Virus record (IMG/VR): IMGVR_UViG_3300032266_001063
Coordinates: 1 to 34,150 of that record
DNA: 34,150 nucleotides
Reading direction: 5' to 3' (one strand)
Origin: a virus
Taxonomy: Duplodnaviria; Caudoviricetes
Below the pieces are notes generated by a model. That model was not told the DNA's origin, ran no database searches, and saw nothing but the letters and a program-made list of their open reading frames with translations. A program made the translations under genes and the position numbers. This document shows, one piece after another, positions 27,302-34,150 of the stretch. Numbering within the stretch: position 1 is the stretch's first letter; each line of letters opens with the position of its first letter.

Positions 27302-28882
27302 TTATATGAAATTCAATAATTTCAATTTTTTGTTTTCATTAATTGGTTTTATCTTATCAAAATATGGTTTTAGTTGGGGTTGTTTTATTAAAATTTCGTT
27401 AATATCAAACATATTTAATTTATTTAATAAATTTTCAAATTTTACAATTAATTGTGGTTGAGTTGATAAAATATCTCTTATATGAAAACTTTTTAAACTT
27501 TTTATTTCATTTCCAAATTTATCAATTAATTGTGGTTGTTTTGTTAGAATATCTTTTATATTAAATTTATTTAACTTATTTAAATCATTTTCAAATTTTT
27601 CAATTAATTGTGGTTGTTTTTGTAAAATAGTACTTATATCAAAACCATCTAATTCATCTAATTTAAATTTTTCAAATAATTGTGGTTGATTTGATATAAT
27701 ACTACTTATATTATTAGTAGTTAATCCACTTAATTTATCTTCAAAATTTCCAATTAATTGTGGTTGTTTTTCTAATATACCACTTATATTATTATTATTT
27801 AATTTATATAGTACATTTTCAAATTTTCCAATTAACTGTGGTTTATATTGTAAAATTTCAGGGAAGTTTACTTCTTTTTTATTGTAAATATCAATTGCTT
27901 CATCATCTGTTAATACTGACCATCTATTACCAAAATTCCTTATAGTTCCTTTTAAATATTGTGGAATAACAATATCTATTGTAACCCTTCTATAGTTATT
28001 AAATAAGGATTGTTTGTCTTTAATAAAATTAAATTGTTCTTTTGTTAATTCAACACCTGTTGTTATATAGTCGTTTAATAAATCTTTTGGTGTATTTATA
28101 AATTTTATATTATTCAATTCATGTGTTATTGAAAAATATATTTTCTTTTCTCTATATGGTAAATTTATATATTCTTCATCAGAAATACCATCCTTAAATC
28201 TTCTATAATATTCTTTTTCTTCATCTGTCAATGGTACATTTTGAAATAAAATTTCCTTACCTTTTAGCAAAGGTTCTAATTTCAAAATTTCCTCCCAAGA
28301 CATAGGATTATCTCCATCATTCTTTGCATTGGTAACAATATATTCCCCTTGATTATTAAATTGAATAACAAAGAAGCAATATAAATCATCTTCAATTTCT
28401 GTTATCTTATTTAATCTATCAAGATTCTTGACAAAGTAGAAACTTGGATCTGTTCCAGCGTAACGATAAGTATTATACATATTTCCACCAGAACTTCGTG
28501 ACACACACCAAGAAGATGGAAAATCACCTTTTATCTTTATACAAGTTTTTTCACTATCACCATGATATATTTGAAGAGGTGGTTGATTATAAATCAATTC
28601 AGTATTGGAAAACTCTACATTGTTTTCTGTTTTAGAAATTTTTTGATTTGTTGGTAATGAATCAATAACCTTTTCCAATTCTTTGAATGTATATGTTTGA
28701 ATATCTTTTTCCTTTATTGCTGGATTTCCTTTTCTTTTCTCAAATTCATCAATATAATATCTTATATCTACATCAGAAGCACTTGGTTTTTCAATCTTAA
28801 ATTTTTCAATTAATTTATCTATAATTTTTTGTGATATTTCAAATAATTCTGTTTGTTCCAATAATATGTTATATAATTTCAT
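27302..28882 (-). CDS. Hypothetical protein with a WC-motif (PcfJ-like) domain and seven ~23-aa QPQL repeats
   Basis: N-terminal MKLYNILLEQ; SWCVSR...NMYNTY; repeats I..IL.KQPQLI.KF. Confidence 0.75.
   Translation of the reverse strand: MKLYNILLEQTELFEISQKIIDKLIEKFKIEKPSASDVDIRYYIDEFEKRKGNPAIKEKDIQTYTFKELEKVIDSLPTNQKISKTENNVEFSNTELIYNQPPLQIYHGDSEKTCIKIKGDFPSSWCVSRSSGGNMYNTYRYAGTDPSFYFVKNLDRLNKITEIEDDLYCFFVIQFNNQGEYIVTNAKNDGDNPMSWEEILKLEPLLKGKEILFQNVPLTDEEKEYYRRFKDGISDEEYINLPYREKKIYFSITHELNNIKFINTPKDLLNDYITTGVELTKEQFNFIKDKQSLFNNYRRVTIDIVIPQYLKGTIRNFGNRWSVLTDDEAIDIYNKKEVNFPEILQYKPQLIGKFENVLYKLNNNNISGILEKQPQLIGNFEDKLSGLTTNNISSIISNQPQLFEKFKLDELDGFDISTILQKQPQLIEKFENDLNKLNKFNIKDILTKQPQLIDKFGNEIKSLKSFHIRDILSTQPQLIVKFENLLNKLNMFDINEILIKQPQLKPYFDKIKPINENKKLKLLNFI
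27355..27865 (-). repeat. Intragenic ~69-bp tandem repeat, 7 units
   Basis: Recurrent AATTGTGGTTG-like core on the plus strand; PQL occurs seven times in the translation. Confidence 0.85.
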
Positions 28883-28883
28883 A

Positions 28884-28919
28884 AAAAAATGCTTTATATA
28901 TAAATATAAAGCATTTTTT
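28884..28919. terminator. Bidirectional terminator hairpin after the sheath gene
   Basis: AAAAAATGCTTTATAT-ATAA-ATATAAAGCATTTTTT, 16-bp perfect stem. Confidence 0.7.
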
Positions 28920-28938
28920 AAATTAATTATTTTTTAAA

Positions 28939-31773
28939 TTAGATATTATCAAATGATGCACCTGTTGGTGATAGTACAAATTCTAAATCTACAATTTCCA
29001 AACTTCTTGTTGGTTTAATATAAATTTTACCTCTTAAAGTATTAGCATCAATATCTTCTGGGTCGTTACTTAAAACTACTTTAAATTCAACTAAACCACG
29101 TTCTTTTTTAATTGAGTCCAAAATAGGATTAACTAATCTTAAAAAGTCATTTCTTACTTGTTCATCATCTTGTTCAAACAATAAACGTATAGCAACTGTA
29201 GAAATTAATTTTCTTGCTCTTAATAATAATCTACGAACATTTAATCTATCCAATGATGATTCTCTAACTTGCAATGTTTTATTACCCCAAATAATAGTAC
29301 CAGTATCAGTAAATGTTGCAATTGGATTTATTCTACTAAGATATAATGAATTAATGTCATCTAAACTTAATTTAGTTTGTGCTCTTTCAGCATTAACTAA
29401 ACCACGAGAAAAACCAGCAACAGCAAACCAAGGATAACTTACACTATCTGTATATGCAATATTTTTCAAAACTTCACCTGTTGGTGGTATAAATAATTGT
29501 GTTGAGTTATCTGTATCTCTTATTTTAATCCAAGGCCAATATGTTGCTGAATAGTTTGTATCAAGACCAATTGTATCTAATGCATCAACAACTTGTTCAG
29601 TATCCCCAAGGAAACTTGGTGCTGAAATGATATATACACTATCGGCACGTTCATTTTCAATCATATCAATTGCATAAGATGTTAATGAACTATGGTCGAA
29701 GAAATTTATACCAGCGGTTGAAAAAACATTAATATCAATTGCTTTTGGATTTGAAAAAGTATCAATACCTTTAATATAAGCATAATAATCTGAATTTGGT
29801 GATGTTATTGAAAACAAACCACCGTTATTAGTATTATTTGCAGTATATGTTGATTTTCCTAATACATAAGAATCACCAAATGTTCTTGTTTTTCTGTAAA
29901 TATCCCAACCATCAAAACCACCGCAAACAGCAAATGTGAATTTTCTACTTGAATTTACACTTAACTTACCTTTATCAACACCTTCTAAATCATATGGTGT
30001 TGTTTGATATGTTGTACCAGTTATTGATTTAGCATTTTTTGATAAGTGAAAACCAAATGTTTCTCCTGATGAATTTTTACCTTTAAATTTAAATAAGTCT
30101 TTATCATATCCAATTTGATTAGATAATCCTAAAGAAACTTTTCTTACTTTATCACCACTTGTAAAATTAGGCGTACCATCAGAGTTATAACTAATAATAT
30201 CACCAGCATCATAATATTTTGTTTTATACATAACATTACCTAATTTACTTGTTGATGTTGATGCACTTACAAAACCTTTAAAACCAGATGGAATTGTATC
30301 TGTTGGATGGTCAGTAACCATTTGTAACATAATATACTTTGAACGTAATGTATATTCACCATCTGATGTACCAACTTTCTTAGCGATATAACCATTAACA
30401 TCAGGATTCATTGAACATCTTGAAAAACTTTCAAGAACAACTACATTATCATCAGTATCATTAAAATCTCTAACAATTAAATCAAATTCACCTTTATCCA
30501 AATCAATATTTTGTATTGTAATTTTTATTTGCATATTCGCTGAATCACCATCAGAAATTGCAATTACTTGAAACAAATCATCAACTTTATTACCTCTAAC
30601 TTCTGAAACAACCGTTGGTGATGATGCTGTATCCCATTCACGCATAAAATTATCTGTTTCATCTTTATAAATCAAAGTTGTTGATAATCCACGTATATAT
30701 CCTTGTTTAAATGCTGCATTTAATAAATTAACATATGATTCATGTACATAAACAGGATAATCAGTACTATTCTTCTCAAATACTTCTGTACCGAAAACTT
30801 TAGTTAAATAATTTTTTGAAGTTGGGTCTAATGAACAATTAAATGATTTACCATTAATTTGTAGTGCAAAGTCATTTAACGGATTATAACTAACCGTTGA
30901 TGATGACATAGTTAAACCACTATTAGCTGTTACTGAATAAACTAATGAATTATTTACGTAATTACCTCTTGGACGTAAAGCTGCAACAATCGTATTATGA
31001 TAATCAGTATTTAATGATGCAGAATATTTATATCTCGTAACATTAAATGTTGTTGTACCACTTGACCAAACAAATAAATAAGAATAAACACCATTTATTG
31101 TTGCATCAGTAGAACCAGATCTTACAAAGTATGTATTATACCAATTTTTTCCAATATTTGCATTATTATTTGTATTTCCATTTAAAGGAGTGCTCATTTC
31201 AGCACCTGTAAGAGCATTAAAATCAGTAGATGGTATAAGACCAATAGAAAACCATTTATTATGATCAGAAGCCGTTAAACCGCTAAAATTAGTTTTAATA
31301 TAATCTGTTACTGAAGTTCCATCAACTGATGTTTTACCTGATAGGTCAGAATAGAATGTTGAACCTGTAATTGTAGCACTTGGTGACAATGTACTTCCTG
31401 TAGATGTATATGTATTCACATCATAATTAACTCCACCTAATGCTTGAATACCAAAAGTTTTATTAGCTTTATATCCTGTTAAACCTAAAACCCTTGTTAC
31501 AAACATTTGATTAGATTGCTCAAGGTAAGATTTTGCAAAATAAGGTAATTCATATTTTGGATTTCCATCACCATCTTTTACAGGTGTTGTACCACCAAAA
31601 TAGGCTTTAAATTCATCAAAATTTGTTATTAAAATAGGTTCATTTGCTGGTCCTTTAATAGTTTCACCAACTAATCCTAAAGTTGTTACACCAATAGACT
31701 GTGCAACAAACGTTAAATCTCTTTCTGAGGTATATACACCAGGTGAAACGTATGTTTTATTTGAATTTGTCAT
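28939..31773 (-). CDS. Contractile tail sheath protein, T4 gp18-like
   Basis: VSPGVYTSERD, GETIKGP, YSATYWPW, PWFAVAGFSRG, WGNKTL, RLNVRRLL and IKPTRSLE motifs. Confidence 0.95.
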   Translation of the reverse strand: MTNSNKTYVSPGVYTSERDLTFVAQSIGVTTLGLVGETIKGPANEPILITNFDEFKAYFGGTTPVKDGDGNPKYELPYFAKSYLEQSNQMFVTRVLGLTGYKANKTFGIQALGGVNYDVNTYTSTGSTLSPSATITGSTFYSDLSGKTSVDGTSVTDYIKTNFSGLTASDHNKWFSIGLIPSTDFNALTGAEMSTPLNGNTNNNANIGKNWYNTYFVRSGSTDATINGVYSYLFVWSSGTTTFNVTRYKYSASLNTDYHNTIVAALRPRGNYVNNSLVYSVTANSGLTMSSSTVSYNPLNDFALQINGKSFNCSLDPTSKNYLTKVFGTEVFEKNSTDYPVYVHESYVNLLNAAFKQGYIRGLSTTLIYKDETDNFMREWDTASSPTVVSEVRGNKVDDLFQVIAISDGDSANMQIKITIQNIDLDKGEFDLIVRDFNDTDDNVVVLESFSRCSMNPDVNGYIAKKVGTSDGEYTLRSKYIMLQMVTDHPTDTIPSGFKGFVSASTSTSKLGNVMYKTKYYDAGDIISYNSDGTPNFTSGDKVRKVSLGLSNQIGYDKDLFKFKGKNSSGETFGFHLSKNAKSITGTTYQTTPYDLEGVDKGKLSVNSSRKFTFAVCGGFDGWDIYRKTRTFGDSYVLGKSTYTANNTNNGGLFSITSPNSDYYAYIKGIDTFSNPKAIDINVFSTAGINFFDHSSLTSYAIDMIENERADSVYIISAPSFLGDTEQVVDALDTIGLDTNYSATYWPWIKIRDTDNSTQLFIPPTGEVLKNIAYTDSVSYPWFAVAGFSRGLVNAERAQTKLSLDDINSLYLSRINPIATFTDTGTIIWGNKTLQVRESSLDRLNVRRLLLRARKLISTVAIRLLFEQDDEQVRNDFLRLVNPILDSIKKERGLVEFKVVLSNDPEDIDANTLRGKIYIKPTRSLEIVDLEFVLSPTGASFDNI

Positions 31774-31800
31774 TTATTTTATTTTAATTTTATATTATAT

Positions 31801-31830
31801 ATAAATATTAAAATAAAATGTAAAAGTCTA
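31801..31830 (-). promoter_or_regulatory. Candidate late promoter (ATATTTAT core) upstream of the sheath gene
   Basis: The same core precedes the starts at 33556, 28882, 26013, 19425 and 8698, with a one-mismatch copy at 18452. Confidence 0.55.
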
Positions 31831-31838
31831 TTTTAAGA

Positions 31839-33053
31839 TTAATATAAGTATATTATTTCTATAATATAACCAATTTGATATGAATTATTTAATATAATTT
31901 TATTATTATTAACAATATTAAAGTCATTAAAAATTGTTTTTTTATTTTTATTAATAGATAAAAACAAGAAAAGTTTAATGTTATTACTTAATATTATTTC
32001 ATTAGTACTATAATTTATACTTTCATACTTTAAATTTAATTTATCCCCATTTTCATCCAATAATCCACCATTATTAAAATATATTTTAATATTATCATTT
32101 TGAGTTAGTATATCATTAAATGTTATTTTAGATGTTTTTGCGATGTGGTAATAATCTGTATCTTTTGTTAATAGTATATTATTTTTAGTTATATAATATA
32201 AATTTGTTATTTTTTTTGATAAATTATATGTTTTATTTGTATTATCTCCATTGAAACTAATTTCATCAACACCATATATTTCATTTATAGTATTATGTTT
32301 TATTCTTTTTTCACTAATAAATTCGTTAACAACTAATAATTTATTAATTGCTGGAACAACTTCAAATTCATCAGCATCAATTAAATAACCAAGCATTGTT
32401 AATTGATAATTTTGAACATAAAATCTTCTACCATCTATTAATTCCATAGGGGTACTATCACTATTACTATCAAGTACTATTGGAATATAATGTCCTTTAA
32501 TTGTTGTATATGCCTGTCTTGAACTAAACTTTTGCATTATTAGTTTATTAAAAACATTTAATGACCTAAATTTATTACAAACAATTGAAACATCAAAAGT
32601 AATATCAACCGCAACAGGTTGTGGGATTTTATATATATTTGCTCCTTTATTAACACCATCCCATGTATTAATAATTGAATAATGAAAAGTTTTACGATTT
32701 GGTATTGTTCTTTGGGTAATTGGGTTTGTTCCTGGTTGAACATCAGGTTTTCTAATTATCGCAATAAACGGTAATTTTATATTTCTATCTTCATCAGTAA
32801 ATTCCCAAGTATTTTTATATTCAGCCCATTTTTGAATGGTTAATATTTTTGGTATTATTGGAATTATTTTTCCATCTGAAACAACTTTAAAATTTTCTTC
32901 AATAAAATTTAACATACCTTTATCCAAATCATCATGCAATATTGATTCAGGTAAATAAGTATCATGTTTAATAATATCATTTAATAATTCCTCTCTTCTA
33001 TCTATTAAAGTTTTATTTTTATATATTTTTATATTAGTCTTCATATTTGTCAT
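31839..33053 (-). CDS. Tail terminator/completion protein (gp15-like) with C-terminal beta-rich extension
   Basis: LPFIAIIR and PQPVAVDITFDVSI motifs; position between the neck and sheath genes. Confidence 0.6.
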   Translation of the reverse strand: MTNMKTNIKIYKNKTLIDRREELLNDIIKHDTYLPESILHDDLDKGMLNFIEENFKVVSDGKIIPIIPKILTIQKWAEYKNTWEFTDEDRNIKLPFIAIIRKPDVQPGTNPITQRTIPNRKTFHYSIINTWDGVNKGANIYKIPQPVAVDITFDVSIVCNKFRSLNVFNKLIMQKFSSRQAYTTIKGHYIPIVLDSNSDSTPMELIDGRRFYVQNYQLTMLGYLIDADEFEVVPAINKLLVVNEFISEKRIKHNTINEIYGVDEISFNGDNTNKTYNLSKKITNLYYITKNNILLTKDTDYYHIAKTSKITFNDILTQNDNIKIYFNNGGLLDENGDKLNLKYESINYSTNEIILSNNIKLFLFLSINKNKKTIFNDFNIVNNNKIILNNSYQIGYIIEIIYLY

Positions 33054-33556
33054 ATACCATTAAATTCAGTTTCTTGTGCTGGCACACAAGTGATTGTTTT
33101 ATAATATGGTTTAAATCCAAACATATTATGTTTATTATCTGAAATGACTGAACCATTATCACTAACACTATAATATCGTATCTTATTGTCATTTTCAGGA
33201 TAACCAATATAATCACCATAGTTTATATTTATTCCAAGTTCATTTAAATGGTCAATATATACATAAAAAATTAAATTACCTGGTTCAGAATATCTTAAAA
33301 TACCATTTTTATATGCTGAATTTTTTGGTGGATCAACCTTTACCAAACAATTAATTTCAATTTTAGATAAATACTTTATCTCATTTTCACCAACTTCACC
33401 ATATACATCATCAATTTCAGTTTTTGTTGAATCAACACGATATAAAAATAATGTCATATTAATATCATTATTTAAATACTCTTGACCAATTTTTAAATTA
33501 AAATTGAAATCATCTACTGAAAAGAATTTTGATATTTTTTTTATATTTGTTTCCAT
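33050..33556 (-). CDS. Neck/head-closure protein (gp14-like)
   Basis: LYRVD...DDVYGE...YGDYI pattern; synteny with tail terminator and sheath. Confidence 0.55.
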   Translation of the reverse strand: METNIKKISKFFSVDDFNFNLKIGQEYLNNDINMTLFLYRVDSTKTEIDDVYGEVGENEIKYLSKIEINCLVKVDPPKNSAYKNGILRYSEPGNLIFYVYIDHLNELGININYGDYIGYPENDNKIRYYSVSDNGSVISDNKHNMFGFKPYYKTITCVPAQETEFNGI

Positions 33557-33570
33557 ATAATTAATAAATA

Positions 33571-33602
33571 TTTGTTTTATTAATTAATAGTTATTAATTT
33601 TG
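33571..33602 (+). promoter_or_regulatory. Bacteroidota-type promoter for the micro-ORF array
   Basis: TTTG-N20-TAATTTTG, 22 nt before the ATG at 33625. Confidence 0.6.
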
Positions 33603-33624
33603 TTTTTATTATTTATAGTTAAAA

Positions 33625-33801
33625 ATGAATATAATAAAATTAAATTTATTTGATAATTTTATCTTCTTAAAAGATGATAATTTTTTCTATTATAGAGAGT
33701 TTATAGATTATTTTAATATTGATAATTCTTTATATACTAAGTTAGTTTTAGAATTTGAATCATATTATAGGTCAATTTTAAAAAATACTATAGAATTATG
33801 A
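33625..33801 (+). CDS. Small hypothetical protein, paralogue 1 (58 aa, not in ORF track)
   Basis: MNIIKLNLFDNFIFLKDDNFFYYREF...EFESYY; ATGA overlap with the next ORF. Confidence 0.65.
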   Translation: MNIIKLNLFDNFIFLKDDNFFYYREFIDYFNIDNSLYTKLVLEFESYYRSILKNTIEL

Positions 33802-33983
33802 ACGAAATAAATGAAAAAATAGATTTTGATAATTTTCTATTTTTAGAATGTGATTATATTTCTTTCTATATAGAATTTATCGAAAAATTTGATAAAAAAT
33901 TAAATATAAATTTTTATCAAATAATTTTTGAGTATTTTGAATCTGAATATCACAATGTAAATTTATCATTTAATATCAAATAA
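33798..33983 (+). CDS. Small hypothetical protein, paralogue 2
   Basis: IDFDNFLFLECDYISFY...YFESEY. Confidence 0.65.
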   Translation: MNEINEKIDFDNFLFLECDYISFYIEFIEKFDKKLNINFYQIIFEYFESEYHNVNLSFNIK

Positions 33984-33988
33984 CTTAT

Positions 33989-34150
33989 ATGAATAAAATA
34001 GATGAAAATATAGATTTTAATAATTTTATTTTTTTAAAAAGTGATATAATTTATTATTATAAAAGTGTTAATAATGCTTTTAATAATAGATTAGTAAGAT
34101 CTTTACATGAAGATATTTGTGATAAATTTGAAGATGAATATCGTAAATTA
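33989..34150 (+). CDS. Small hypothetical protein, paralogue 3 (partial)
   Basis: MNKIDENIDFNNFIFLKSDIIYYY...KFEDEYRKL, open to the window end. Confidence 0.65.
   Translation, partial: MNKIDENIDFNNFIFLKSDIIYYYKSVNNAFNNRLVRSLHEDICDKFEDEYRKL

Noticed and set aside
519-28635. Short antisense ORFs in the track (519, 6231, 8205, 12676, 16069, 17788, 18935, 20933, 22460, 23160, 23224, 24400, 25877, 27198, 27760, 28444)
   Set aside because: They lie opposite well-supported genes and carry no motifs; treated as shadow ORFs.
32558-33219. Same-strand alternative-frame ORFs 32558..32743 and 33034..33219
   Set aside because: Nested in the tail terminator and neck genes, with no motif or slippery site seen.
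8739-33556. Sheath, tube and baseplate genes as a bacterial eCIS or tailocin
   Set aside because: They co-occur with neck genes, a T4-like replication module, nrdB and homing elements, which indicates a phage.

Overview
Very AT-rich window of a large, T4-related contractile-tailed (myovirus, probably jumbo) phage, read in standard code 11 with most genes on the minus strand. A Bacteroidota host is inferred from two exact TTTG-N19/20-TAnnTTTG promoters and A-rich starts lacking Shine-Dalgarno motifs. The left part (1-7.8 kb) is a replication module: gp32-like SSB, UvsX/RecA, 5'-3' exonuclease, a DnaB/gp41 helicase carrying a class 3 (Ala1, WCT) intein, and nrdB split by two group I introns, one encoding an HNH endonuclease. 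The right part (7.9-33.6 kb) is a neck/tail module: neck, tail terminator, sheath, tube, two giant baseplate proteins and a gp53-like wedge. It also holds an inverted chaperone + tape-measure unit with a hidden +1/-2 frameshift extension. The tail module is interrupted by three free-standing endonuclease genes, an Acb1-like 2H phosphoesterase in a string of micro-ORFs, a repeat protein and an origin-like noncoding element. All calls come from reading motifs by eye; no searches were run.
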